Shown here: positions 31,515-41,663 of the stretch, one piece after another
Numbering within the stretch: position 1 is the stretch's first letter
Layout of the letters: every line of letters starts with the position of its first letter
NCBI GenBank assembly: GCA_030550585.1
Contig: JAUQPB010000001.1
Location: 384,001-448,000, forward strand
DNA from: Thermoproteota archaeon
GTDB lineage: Archaea > Thermoproteota > Thermoprotei_A > Sulfolobales > Ignisphaeraceae
Direction: 5' to 3'
DNA length: 64,000 nt
Made by a program: the position numbers and the translations under genes
Notes under the pieces: model-generated
Told to the model about the DNA's origin: nothing
Seen by the model: only the letters and a program-made list of their open reading frames with translations
Database searches by the model: none

Positions 31515-32465
31515 ATGAAACCCACAGTCATAGATTTGTTCTGTGGCGCAGGAGGCTTTTCAAGAGGCTTTAAAGAAGCTGGTTTTAATATAGTCCTCGC
31601 CATTGACAATGATCCTGCATGTGGAAAAGCATTCAAAATAAATTTTCCGAATGCTGTCGTACTTGTAGAAGATATAAAAGATGTTACCAGTTCTGATATA
31701 ACCTACCACACTAGAAATTACGATATTGTTATTGGAAGCCCACCCTGCGAACCTTTTACAGGTGCTAACCCAAAAAGGGAGGTTGACCCCATTGACAGGC
31801 TTTACAAGGACCCCATGGGCAAATTAACACTAGAGTTTATTCGTCTTGTGGGAGAACTAAAACCTCGAATATTTGTCATGGAAAATGTTCCCGCAATTCT
31901 AGAAGAGCCCATAAAAAAGAGTTTAATAAATGAATTCAAGTCTGTTGGATATAACCAGATATACTTTAATGTTTTGAATGCGGAGAACTATGGCACTCCA
32001 AGCAAAAGGAAAAGAGTATTTATATCAAATGTGCCAATAAATCCTAGACCAATAAACAAGGTTGTTGTAGTTGCTGAAGCATTGAAAGATCTTCCGCCAC
32101 CCTATGAGTCAACTATTCCGAACCATGAGTTCGTACCAATTTCAGAGAAGAAATTGAGGAGAATATCGAGGGTAAGACATGGTAAAGCTGCATACTATTA
32201 TTATGGTTCATCAAAACTTCTTCCAAACTTCGTTAAGCTAAAGCCATATGAAGTTGCACCAACAGTATTAGGATCATCGAGATTTATACACCCGTTTGAG
32301 AATAGACTTTTGACAGTTCGTGAGCAGGCTAGGCTCATGGGATATCCCGATGATCATATATTTTTCGGTGGAAGGGATCAACAGTTTAATCAGGTTGGAG
32401 AGTCGGTGCCACCGCCTTTGTCATATGCCATAGCAAAATTTTTAATGGAAAAAATATTAATGTAG
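31515..32465 (+). CDS. Orphan C5-cytosine methyltransferase
   Basis: DLFCGAGG, SPPCEPF, MENV, RKRVF, REQARLMGYPD, GESVPP. Confidence 0.92.
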   Translation: MKPTVIDLFCGAGGFSRGFKEAGFNIVLAIDNDPACGKAFKINFPNAVVLVEDIKDVTSSDITYHTRNYDIVIGSPPCEPFTGANPKREVDPIDRLYKDPMGKLTLEFIRLVGELKPRIFVMENVPAILEEPIKKSLINEFKSVGYNQIYFNVLNAENYGTPSKRKRVFISNVPINPRPINKVVVVAEALKDLPPPYESTIPNHEFVPISEKKLRRISRVRHGKAAYYYYGSSKLLPNFVKLKPYEVAPTVLGSSRFIHPFENRLLTVREQARLMGYPDDHIFFGGRDQQFNQVGESVPPPLSYAIAKFLMEKILM

Positions 32466-32480
32466 TTTATGTGATCAACT

Positions 32481-32945
32481 ATGAAGAAACTATATTTGGT
32501 TGCATATGCGCCATCAAGTCCCTATAGATTGATTGATTTAGCAAAGGTTGCATATTCCTTCAATTTTGTAACAGGTTTTGTAGTTGTTAGACCAACTGGT
32601 CTGGCTGCTCAAAGTGGTCTTCCAGAAGTATTTAAGTTAGCCTATAAATATGGAAAATCCCTTTTCGTATTATCGCAACTGAGAGAGCTAAAAGATCTTC
32701 TATCTATTGATAAACTAATATTCATCATTCAAAACAATAAAGAGGCTCCAGACATAGAACAAGTAATAGACATGGCTTCAGATTCCGTGGCTATAATTAT
32801 TCAAGCAGGAGAGTCCCCATTTAGCAAAGAGGATATTTCCATGGGATATGTTTCAAGAATCAATGAAATGAACGAATCTTTTTCACCCAATGCAGTAGCA
32901 GAGGCAACCGCTGCCATTTTAAAGATCATGCGACTACTAAGGTAA
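32481..32945 (+). CDS. DUF2122 family (SPOUT-like) protein
   Basis: SSPYRLIDLAK, GLAAQSGLPEVFKLA; typical neighbourhood. Confidence 0.7.
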   Translation: MKKLYLVAYAPSSPYRLIDLAKVAYSFNFVTGFVVVRPTGLAAQSGLPEVFKLAYKYGKSLFVLSQLRELKDLLSIDKLIFIIQNNKEAPDIEQVIDMASDSVAIIIQAGESPFSKEDISMGYVSRINEMNESFSPNAVAEATAAILKIMRLLR

Positions 32946-32951
32946 AACTGC

Positions 32952-34571
32952 ATGGAGAGAGTGATAGTAGTTGATGCAAATGCTAGGCAAAAAGGTAGGA
33001 GAGTTTCAACAGTTGATGTAATAGGCGTTGGCCCTAGGTTGGTAACCTCAATTCTTAAAATGCATGGTTTTAAGGCGAGCCTATATGCTTATGAATCAAT
33101 TCTAAACAACAAAGAAATTCTAAAAGATTTTGATGCAATAGCAATATCATTTATGGTAAGCGATTTCAAGGCTGTTAAAAAGCTCATTGACATGTGGAGA
33201 AAAGTTAATAATGGCATTATTATCTTGGGAGGTCCTGGAACCTTAAGCCGGTCGATGCTATCCTCTCTAGACTTTTCACTTGCACTTATAGGAGAATCTG
33301 AAATCACATTACAAAAACTTTTCTCTATGTACAAGAGCCTTAGTGAAGCATACTATGATCTATCAAAATCGAAGACAACAATAAAGGGGTTGGCTATTAA
33401 GGTGGACAGGGAAATTATAGATGGTGGTATAGGTGAATGGACTCCCAAAAAATTTTTGAATGTGATTCCTGAGATAAACGATCTTAAGAACTTTCCTTTT
33501 TTCTGGGCATCGAGAATATATGTTGAGGTTGTAAGGGGCTGTAGCAATTTTAGAAGACCTATACAAACATTTGATGGCAGATATTGTACCAGATGTGATT
33601 TATGTTATAAAGGTTCGCTGAGCTCCAGAATAAGCTGTCCTGTAAACATCCCTCCAGGCTGTGGATACTGTAGTGTACCGGCAATCCATGGGCCTGCACG
33701 ATCACGTGATTTGTTTACCATTGTTGAGGAAGTTGAAAAGTTGACAAAAGCAGGTGTGAGTAGAATAGTATTGAGCGCTCCTGATTTTCTTGATTTTGGA
33801 AGAGACGAGCTTGTAGAAGAGCCTTTGACGGATCCTTGCAACCCACCACCAAATGTATATAAGATAGAGGAGCTCTTAAGTAGGCTATCTAAAATTAGGG
33901 CTGTGGCGGAAGAGAGGGCTACTGTGATGGTCGAAAATGTTAAACCGTGTCTAGTAAATGATGAGGTTGCGGATGTTTTAGGAAGATACTTGAAAGATAC
34001 CCCAATCTACATAGGATTGGAGAGCTGTAGTGATGATCTTTTGAAAAAAGTTGGAAGACCTTCAACATGTTCAGAGGGTATTAGTGCGATTGAGAAGCTA
34101 AAGAAAAGTGGTCTTAGACCATATGTTTATTTGATGCATGGTCTTCCATTTGAAAGAGATGAAGATGTTCTTAAAACAGTTAAAGCAATAGAAATTCTAA
34201 GGAATATTGGTGTAGAAAGAATAGTATTGTATAGGTTTTCACCATTACCCTACACAGCCTTCGAACTGGCACCAAAACCTGGGCCAGCTATAAGTGATCC
34301 TATGAGAAAGCTCTTGTATGACAAGGTTGAAGAGTTCAACAGGGAACAGAATAAAAAAATTATTGGCAGAGTAATCAAGGCCATTGTAGCTCTTAAGCAT
34401 CCGAAAAAACCAGGCTTTCTTATTGCATATCCAATGCGGCATGGACCTGTAATAATAGTAAGAGGAGGTGAAGCTTTGGTGGGACATAGAGTCACAGTTA
34501 AAATACATAGACTACTTAGTAACAGAATTGTGTTTGGAGAGATCGTCTATGTACATGAAAAGCATTTTTAG
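32952..34571 (+). CDS. Radical SAM protein with B12-binding-like N-terminus and TRAM-like C-terminus
   Basis: ILGGP, EVVRGC-x39-CGYC, IGLES, HGLP. Confidence 0.85.
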   Translation: MERVIVVDANARQKGRRVSTVDVIGVGPRLVTSILKMHGFKASLYAYESILNNKEILKDFDAIAISFMVSDFKAVKKLIDMWRKVNNGIIILGGPGTLSRSMLSSLDFSLALIGESEITLQKLFSMYKSLSEAYYDLSKSKTTIKGLAIKVDREIIDGGIGEWTPKKFLNVIPEINDLKNFPFFWASRIYVEVVRGCSNFRRPIQTFDGRYCTRCDLCYKGSLSSRISCPVNIPPGCGYCSVPAIHGPARSRDLFTIVEEVEKLTKAGVSRIVLSAPDFLDFGRDELVEEPLTDPCNPPPNVYKIEELLSRLSKIRAVAEERATVMVENVKPCLVNDEVADVLGRYLKDTPIYIGLESCSDDLLKKVGRPSTCSEGISAIEKLKKSGLRPYVYLMHGLPFERDEDVLKTVKAIEILRNIGVERIVLYRFSPLPYTAFELAPKPGPAISDPMRKLLYDKVEEFNREQNKKIIGRVIKAIVALKHPKKPGFLIAYPMRHGPVIIVRGGEALVGHRVTVKIHRLLSNRIVFGEIVYVHEKHF

Positions 34572-34645
34572 ACTGCTATAGCTAATAAAGTTAATAAATG
34601 TTCTAAATAAAATTCTATTGTAAAAATTGCAGTGGTGCAAAGAAA

Positions 34646-34966
34646 TTGGTGAGAATATCAACAATAGAGCTTGAATCATTTGAAGATATGATACTAATGC
34701 TACATTCTAGAATGACCGCCGTAAGCATGACATCATCACTTATGTGTACAGATAAAAACTGTTTTACAATAATAAGTGCAGGCGATGAGCAAGTTTTCAT
34801 AATATCGTCTCCACCTCCTACAACAAAATGCCGATTTGCATTTGTAGACGATTTCGGAAAGGTCAGATGCAGTGAAACCCCACCTGCAGGAAGGCCAATA
34901 GTATTTGTGATATCTGTAAAGAATATCAAAGAAACTGATAGCATTATAAAGGCTTTATCAACATAA
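34646..34966 (+). CDS. Conserved crenarchaeal hypothetical protein
   Basis: SD plus TTG, coding-like composition. Confidence 0.6.
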   Translation: MVRISTIELESFEDMILMLHSRMTAVSMTSSLMCTDKNCFTIISAGDEQVFIISSPPPTTKCRFAFVDDFGKVRCSETPPAGRPIVFVISVKNIKETDSIIKALST

Positions 34967-35049
34967 TTCAACTGCATTATAAAGAACGATAAAGAAAAAT
35001 ATTTTTAATGTCTGTACACAATATTATATTGTTAGCTATTGTCATTGGT

Positions 35050-35137
35050 GCGGGGGTGCCCGAGCCAGGTCAAAGGGGTCGGGCTGAGGACCCGATGGCG
35101 TAGGCCTGCGTGGGTTCAAATCCCACCCCCCGCACCA
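35050..35137 (+). tRNA. tRNA-Leu(GAG), CCA encoded
   Basis: TCGGG-CTGAGGA-CCCGA, long variable arm. Confidence 0.96.
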
Positions 35138-35164
35138 ACACCCACCAAATATAGTGATTATGAT

Positions 35165-35467
35165 ATGAGCTATAGCTGGGAACCAAAATGGATAAGAAGA
35201 AAAATAAAGATATCAGAGGGAATTGAGGTTGAAACATGCTATGACGCTACCTCGTCAATGCTTCTATGCCCTCTATGCATAGATATTAATAGGGTGTGTC
35301 CAAGCCATACAGAGTACTCTAATATTGTGCCTGAGAGGTCTTTGTATTTCTTTTCCATAGAAGATTTGATATACCACATGAAAACCCATACTAGAGAGGG
35401 TGTTACAGGCAAACTGTATACCGAAGTTGAAGAGGAGGGAGAGGAAGAAGAGATAGAAGAAGAATAA
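35165..35467 (+). CDS. Zn-finger-like hypothetical protein with acidic tail
   Basis: MSYSWEPKW, CPLC...HMKTH, EEEGEEEEIEEE; the ORF-track start lies inside the tRNA. Confidence 0.7.
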   Translation: MSYSWEPKWIRRKIKISEGIEVETCYDATSSMLLCPLCIDINRVCPSHTEYSNIVPERSLYFFSIEDLIYHMKTHTREGVTGKLYTEVEEEGEEEEIEEE

Positions 35468-35584
35468 GAAATTCATTTCATTTTTAACAGGCTGCCCCGC
35501 TTCTGTCTATATCTACACATAAATTAATTGATTTGGTTTTCTCCTCCTATTTTGTAAAGTTCTATCATTCACCACAGTCAATGA

Positions 35585-38023
35585 CTATGTGCATATGCTG
35601 TTACGAACGTTATCATTAAGTTTGAGCAACGCTATGAAGACCACTCTATATGCTTCGGCACTTCTGTTGGGCGCTGTAAATAGTTTGACAGGTTGCGAAA
35701 CACCTGTGTAAGCTATGCTATACAATGATTGATTCACTTTTTCAATTGTTGCATAGAGTCCATATGAATCAAAATACCCCGACTCTATAGCCGGTTCTAT
35801 AACAGGCACAAAACTTGTTCCCACTAACTCGTTTCCAAGAACCCATGGAACAACCTTTATACTGTATGATGGATATAGCTTTGAAAATGTTTGAAGAATA
35901 GCCCACATATAAAGTCTTGGCATTGTAGCGTTGAGAACAGTTGATGAATTCAAGTTGAGCCCATATTCTACAGTATATTCATTTCCATTAACATTTACCC
36001 TCTTTACAACAACCCATTCATTTGATGCTAGTTCATTATATCCTCCAACCGATGATGCTGAAGCAGGATAGCTAGTGATTGTATTGAGGGGTATACCCAT
36101 AGGCGATTTATATGTTGCCAGATATATTATCGCGCTTATGAATTTCGCCATATCACCAAAACCATATTGAGGCGGTGCGTTCAAGCCTATGTATACTCTC
36201 TTTGAGGAGTGATTGACATATATGTCAATGCCGCTAAAGATCAGTACATAAACATCGCTTTTTCTACATATGCCAAACTGATTTAGATACTGCAAGGCTT
36301 TGTCATATGGCATCGCAAAGAATTCTGCTAAGACGTGGATCCTTGTCGAGTTTATGGTAGCTCCATCAGCTACTGTAGATCTATTGCCTATCACCGATAT
36401 CCAGTATCCATAGTCCCACCAACTCAACACCAATGCATTGGACGATGTGTTGTCCCTTATAAATCTTAGCGTGTCTAGCCATACTGTTGTGGGTATAAAG
36501 CCCTCGGCTCTCGAAATCATTGTATAGGAGGAGTAGTAGGCTCTGAACTCAGCATAAGCTATCGGTATCGATGCTAGAATCACTATAATAGCAAGTATGA
36601 TTCCAACTACTTGCATAAACGTTATCTTAATTTTTGTTAAACGTCCAACAACCCTGATCTCAGGTTTAATGTATTGAAATAGTGCGCCAAGTGATAGTCC
36701 AACACACGTGGCAGTCACAACATTCATGTAATCTACAAAGTAACTAAGGTTGTATGTTACATACCAAGATAGTGCAATCCATATCAACATGGTCAATAGG
36801 AATATGTTTCTTGATTTGATAGTGCTATAGACGGATATGGGTAAGAGTATGAACACTGTCAACAACAGCGTTAGAACCATGTACTGGGGTAGAGATCCCA
36901 TTTCGTATAGTGGCTGATATTCTGCAACAGTCAGTGCAACACCTGGAGGTCTAATTCCCAATCCGAGTGCAATCTTCCCAGCAATTGGCAGAATCTTTGT
37001 GAACTGATCAAACAGCCCGGGAATACTATCAAATAGCACTATAAGGGTTATTGCAGAGATTATTGTAGCTGCAAAGAGTGTTGCATAGATTTTCATAGCT
37101 TTTCTTCTCCCAAATATGATGTGGAGAGCCCAGGCAAAAACAAATATTGCTAAAGCAATGTAATAGGCTAGTGCAAGTACAAGTCTTCCACCGTGATAAG
37201 ATGGCATTAGATACATTGCAACAAATGGTATTGTCGACTCCATAGCAAAACCCATTGCATATTGCTTGAATATGCTCTTTGAAGAGAGGTCCTTGACAAA
37301 TGGCAATAGAATCATTGAAGCATATACAGGAATTGCTGTAAGGCCCACTCCAGTCCACACACTAGCTGCATATGCCAGTGCTACACCTGCAAGAGCAAAA
37401 TCTAGTGGTTTTGATGATTTCAAAGCTCTTAGATGTAGCCATATAGCTAAAGGAGCTGTGAACAAGCCAAACGAGTATTTAACTGTGAAACCTGCTACTT
37501 CTCTACTCACAAAGAACATTGCATAGACTAGTGCTGCTACTATAGAACTAATTTTACTGCCTGTTGCCTCATTAACAGATAATGCTATGAATATTGCTGC
37601 AAGAGCTCCCATAATAGGTGGTAAAACCGCCATTAGGTCATACAATGAAACTCCAAGAGGTTTGAAGATTTCGTAGAGCATGTAAATGGTTATTATGTGA
37701 CCTTGCAAATCAGTTGTAAAGAGGTTTCTACAAGACGGGTACCAAAATATGCATGTAGCTGGGTTACTGCTTGTAAGGCTGGGCCATGATAACAGCCCAT
37801 GTTTATCGAGATAAGATACAACCCAGTAATTAAAAAATGTGTCTAGCTCATCTAGTTTAGCCTCTGGATAAACAGAAGCTATACCAGAATTTACAACATT
37901 GAAATACTGCTGCATTCTAAGCCAAAACGCTAAAAAAGCTATGACTGTTATAGCAATGGCAGCAACAATTTTTGAGTGTTTGCTCCAAAATCTATAAAGC
38001 GCAACCATTATATTTGCTCTCAT
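35585..38023 (-). CDS. aglB: Oligosaccharyltransferase AglB/STT3
   Basis: Multi-TM, ELD, TVAE, WWDYGYWI, DMAK motifs. Confidence 0.93.
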   Translation of the reverse strand: MRANIMVALYRFWSKHSKIVAAIAITVIAFLAFWLRMQQYFNVVNSGIASVYPEAKLDELDTFFNYWVVSYLDKHGLLSWPSLTSSNPATCIFWYPSCRNLFTTDLQGHIITIYMLYEIFKPLGVSLYDLMAVLPPIMGALAAIFIALSVNEATGSKISSIVAALVYAMFFVSREVAGFTVKYSFGLFTAPLAIWLHLRALKSSKPLDFALAGVALAYAASVWTGVGLTAIPVYASMILLPFVKDLSSKSIFKQYAMGFAMESTIPFVAMYLMPSYHGGRLVLALAYYIALAIFVFAWALHIIFGRRKAMKIYATLFAATIISAITLIVLFDSIPGLFDQFTKILPIAGKIALGLGIRPPGVALTVAEYQPLYEMGSLPQYMVLTLLLTVFILLPISVYSTIKSRNIFLLTMLIWIALSWYVTYNLSYFVDYMNVVTATCVGLSLGALFQYIKPEIRVVGRLTKIKITFMQVVGIILAIIVILASIPIAYAEFRAYYSSYTMISRAEGFIPTTVWLDTLRFIRDNTSSNALVLSWWDYGYWISVIGNRSTVADGATINSTRIHVLAEFFAMPYDKALQYLNQFGICRKSDVYVLIFSGIDIYVNHSSKRVYIGLNAPPQYGFGDMAKFISAIIYLATYKSPMGIPLNTITSYPASASSVGGYNELASNEWVVVKRVNVNGNEYTVEYGLNLNSSTVLNATMPRLYMWAILQTFSKLYPSYSIKVVPWVLGNELVGTSFVPVIEPAIESGYFDSYGLYATIEKVNQSLYSIAYTGVSQPVKLFTAPNRSAEAYRVVFIALLKLNDNVRNSICT

Positions 38024-38278
38024 GAGGCAACAACCGCCAAACTAGGCATCACAACTCTAAGGCTATCAGAAACCTATAAAAATTTAACTAAAATACTGAC
38101 CCCATTATCAGAAACTATATAGCTGTTGCTAATATAGTTTGTACAAGATCTAGAACAGTTTCATGCAATAATACAATTAACTTCACAATGTATCTTTGAT
38201 TATATTCCTGCAAAGCCCTTCATTATAACCATAGCTTAAAATCTGTGAAAGCTTGTGTGTAGCGTAGGCTGAATTTTC

Positions 38279-38824
38279 ATGATTTCGGAAAACAGTAGTA
38301 GCATAATTAGATCTTTTTTGATAGGCTCTGAGAAGTGCCCTGTCTGCGGTTCTATAGCATTAACCTATTTACATTTATACCAAGCTCCTCACAATGAAAC
38401 AGTAGCTATCGTGACAATAAAGTGTGATAAATGTGGATTCAAATACTCAACTGTTTTGTCTATAGCAACGTCTTTTTCTGATAATAAATGCATTGAAATT
38501 GAGGTGTCGGATCCCCAAGATCTAAGAACGCTCATATACCTATCTGACAACACCACAATAGAGATTCCTGATATTGGTATAAAAGTCGATTTATCCCAAT
38601 TACGATTGGGGAGCATAGTAACAGTAGACGCAATATTATCATATCTTGTAGAGTGGATAGAAAACGCGCAACATATTGAAAATAACGATGAGTTCGCTAA
38701 AACGTTGCTGCTGCTAAAATCCTTGCTTGATGAAAACATCGACAGAAAAATAAAAATTGTTATAAGAAGCGACAACGGTGTCGGCATAATAAACAGCTAT
38801 CGAAAAAACTACAGTAGATGCTAA
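38279..38824 (+). CDS. ZPR1-like zinc finger protein
   Basis: CPVCG...CDKCGFK plus ZPR1 A/B-like domain. Confidence 0.8.
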   Translation: MISENSSSIIRSFLIGSEKCPVCGSIALTYLHLYQAPHNETVAIVTIKCDKCGFKYSTVLSIATSFSDNKCIEIEVSDPQDLRTLIYLSDNTTIEIPDIGIKVDLSQLRLGSIVTVDAILSYLVEWIENAQHIENNDEFAKTLLLLKSLLDENIDRKIKIVIRSDNGVGIINSYRKNYSRC

Positions 38825-38830
38825 ATCTCT

Positions 38831-39382
38831 TCACTGTTTTACAACTTTGATTAGCTTGCCTTTCCTACCTTCTTTTTTCTTCTTTAATCGTATCTCCAAA
38901 ACACCGTTCTTGTATACAGCCTCTGCAGAATCCACATCCACCTCTACTGGCAATTCTATCTCCTTCTTATATTTTCTCTCGTGGTCAGAGCCTTCAACAA
39001 CTATATGGCGTTCATCTAATGCCTCAACCTTAATCTTATTTTCGTCAACGCCAGGCATCTCTAAAACTACTCTGATTTTGTCATCTTCTTCATATATATC
39101 AACCAGTGGCTCCATCTCTTCACTAACAATAACTCTTGGCCTACCCCTTCCACTTCTTTTGACATTGCCAAACTCATATATTTTGGGGATTCCATCAGGT
39201 CCGATCTCAATTCTGAAACCATATATTATTGGCTTGCCTAACTCCTCTCCCTCTATAGGTATGGAACCAATTCTGAATGTCCTTTCCAACTCCTCTAACT
39301 CCTCTTCCAGTTCGCTAAAAAGCTCGTCAAATATGTCAAAGAATTTTCTTCTTTTCCTTCTAGGCTCATCAGATCCCGACAC
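38831..39382 (-). CDS. hsp20: Small heat shock protein Hsp20
   Basis: YGFRIEIGPDG, EPLVDI, EMPGV, YKNGVLEI. Confidence 0.93.
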   Translation of the reverse strand: MSGSDEPRRKRRKFFDIFDELFSELEEELEELERTFRIGSIPIEGEELGKPIIYGFRIEIGPDGIPKIYEFGNVKRSGRGRPRVIVSEEMEPLVDIYEEDDKIRVVLEMPGVDENKIKVEALDERHIVVEGSDHERKYKKEIELPVEVDVDSAEAVYKNGVLEIRLKKKKEGRKGKLIKVVKQ

Positions 39383-39446
39383 AGCAAACACCTTGTTACA
39401 TGCCTATGCCTAGCTAGACTTATAAGTGTATGCTTAAATCAACCCT

Positions 39447-39719
39447 CTATTCGCTGGACCATGATCCTACTAAGATATAACACTCTCTTTCCAAACATTT
39501 TTGTTGCTTAATTATATCCGTAATATCTGGATCCAATGATGCAAATCTATCTGTATTCTCTGGCTTCAGTTCAATAATGCTTAGTTTTGGTAGTAGAAAT
39601 TTGCTTAGACTGTTCATAACCTTTTTAGCCTCATCTATACTAGTGTAAACTCCTAAAATAACCTTCATACTCTCCTTGGCCACAATACCTAAAGGACTCT
39701 TCCTGTATATGAACCACAT
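39447..39719 (-). CDS. Hypothetical protein
   Basis: ORF only. Confidence 0.5.
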   Translation of the reverse strand: MWFIYRKSPLGIVAKESMKVILGVYTSIDEAKKVMNSLSKFLLPKLSIIELKPENTDRFASLDPDITDIIKQQKCLERECYILVGSWSSE

Positions 39720-39924
39720 AATCTAACAGCCAGATAACCAAATTTTAAATATTTTTATGTTACACGTAGTTGTAGCTTTAATAATTTTACTGGAGTTGCA
39801 AAAGCTTCGGTGCTTTGTGCTAAGCATACTCTAAAGCACATATGCATTGCTTTGTTTGATTTGTGTCACAGCTTTTCTATAGCCCTCATATTACAGTACT
39901 TGTATTAAGAACAGTGTAACGGCT

Positions 39925-40275
39925 ATGAATGGCACAGTTTTAGAGGTTACAATATTAATGGGTCTTGATGATGTTAGCAACCAAGCATTGGATAATCTCA
40001 AAAAAGCTAGTGAAATTCTTTACCATAGATATAAAATAAAATTGATTCTAAATCCCATTAATCTGTGGCTAGATCCACTAAAAGCCTCTATAAATTCCCT
40101 CCCCATAATATTCATTGGGAGCAAAAAGATATTTTCAGGCTATCCTCCATCCATTAATGAAATCATACGAGAAGCAGTCAAGCTTGCTACATCTAATCAC
40201 CACACAAACTTTGAAGCATTATTACCAACGGCCATACTTAGAGAAGATTTTATTGATGCGGCTCTAATAGAATAA
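39925..40275 (+). CDS. Thioredoxin-like fold hypothetical protein
   Basis: SLPIIFIGSKKIFSGYPP cis-Pro loop; no CxxC. Confidence 0.5.
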   Translation: MNGTVLEVTILMGLDDVSNQALDNLKKASEILYHRYKIKLILNPINLWLDPLKASINSLPIIFIGSKKIFSGYPPSINEIIREAVKLATSNHHTNFEALLPTAILREDFIDAALIE

Positions 40276-40470
40276 GAACTTCTAAAGCCTTTGTATTGGA
40301 TTATCCGCTAGGCTTATTATAAATAAGAGAAGAAATTAGACTAAGCTAGCATAAGAAAATATATCACTTCTGTGCAAATAAATCTCATTTATCAAATGAT
40401 AAAGGAAATGTAACCAGAATCTGATAATAAATCCTATTGTAAAAGTTCGATCGTCATAGGTTGTAGTTTA

Positions 40471-41493
40471 ATGATAGAAACTGATGTTGTGATAATAGGC
40501 TCTGGTATTGCAGCATTAAAGGCGTACAAAGATTTTTATGATCTTGGATATAGTGCTATAATTATTGATCCAGGTCCCCTTGGAGGAAGTGTCTCTTCTG
40601 TTGGCACTTCATATAAATTTCCAAAAATTCCTATACTAATAGATTATGGACTTAGGAATATGTTTGAGGGGTGTGAATTTTCTTGCTATCCTATAGAATT
40701 AAATACGATAAAGATGGGTGATATAGTTAGTAAGATGCTTGGTTTCGAGAGATTTGAGCCACAGCGTCTGTGGTTTTATGATCTATTCAATATGAAGAAG
40801 GCTTGTTTTACAAGAAATATAGTCGACTGTGTAATTAGAAACTTGGGAATATCTTATTATCTAATTAAAAGAATTGTAAGTGGTATAAGAAGGATATACC
40901 TTGACACAAAGATAATCACTCTATCAATTGGTCTTGCTATAAAATATAAAAAAGTTGTATATACATGGCCTTTGGACATATTAAGAGACTTCATTTTAAC
41001 TAGGAAAAATGAGTTGTATTTAGCGTTAGATGATGTTGCAAAGGCTTTGAAGTATGCATCCCTATTTATTCGTGCATATGTTACTAGAGAAGGTATAGAA
41101 GGATATGGATGTAAAGAAAAGAAGATGAACATATATCTACATTCAACAAAAGCTTCACGGTTTCATACAGCCATTAAAATACCATTACATGAAGATGTAC
41201 ATGTACTTTATGCTGTTACAAGTTATTCGCAAAGCTATCCTCTATTACCAGGAATAGGAGAGAAAATAGATTCTGAGCTTAAAAAACACGGGCTTCTACG
41301 AGATTTCACCAGAGCTCTAGAGATTCAAAATATTGACATGCGCTATGGCATTCTAAACAAAATTGATAGAAAAAGCATAGAAACTCTAAAGGAGCTACTT
41401 TCGCCATTTGATATTAAATTGTTTGGAAGACTTGCTGAGTGGACAGACTACGATATACCTACAATAATTTTTAAACAAACTGCCTTATCGTAA
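40471..41493 (+). CDS. FAD/NAD(P)-binding oxidoreductase
   Basis: VVIIGSGIAAL, LGG, C-terminal GRLAEW. Confidence 0.75.
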   Translation: MIETDVVIIGSGIAALKAYKDFYDLGYSAIIIDPGPLGGSVSSVGTSYKFPKIPILIDYGLRNMFEGCEFSCYPIELNTIKMGDIVSKMLGFERFEPQRLWFYDLFNMKKACFTRNIVDCVIRNLGISYYLIKRIVSGIRRIYLDTKIITLSIGLAIKYKKVVYTWPLDILRDFILTRKNELYLALDDVAKALKYASLFIRAYVTREGIEGYGCKEKKMNIYLHSTKASRFHTAIKIPLHEDVHVLYAVTSYSQSYPLLPGIGEKIDSELKKHGLLRDFTRALEIQNIDMRYGILNKIDRKSIETLKELLSPFDIKLFGRLAEWTDYDIPTIIFKQTALS

Positions 41494-41513
41494 TAGTGAA
41501 GGTGGTGCATGAA

Positions 41514-41663
41514 TTGAAGATAGATGCTATTAGAAAATGTAATGATCTGTGTGAAGAGATTGTTAACTGTGATGAATGTGAAGATGACTTCTGTGAGGAT
41601 CTGTGTGAAGAAGTTGAAAGGTACTGTGTTACTACATGCGTTGAACAGCTTGGGAATCAATAA
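41514..41663 (+). CDS. 49-aa acidic 8-Cys microprotein
   Basis: MKIDAIRKCNDLCEEIVNCDECEDDFCEDLCEEVERYCVTTCVEQLGNQ; GAAGGTGGTG SD upstream. Confidence 0.65.
   Translation: MKIDAIRKCNDLCEEIVNCDECEDDFCEDLCEEVERYCVTTCVEQLGNQ

Noticed and set aside
31515-32945. Restriction-modification system (C5 MTase plus 'RecB-family' DUF2122)
   Set aside because: No PD-(D/E)xK motif evident in the neighbour, and the context is housekeeping
35039-35164. ORF-track N-terminal extension of the 35039..35467 ORF
   Set aside because: It is the tRNA-Leu sequence; the real start is ATG 35165
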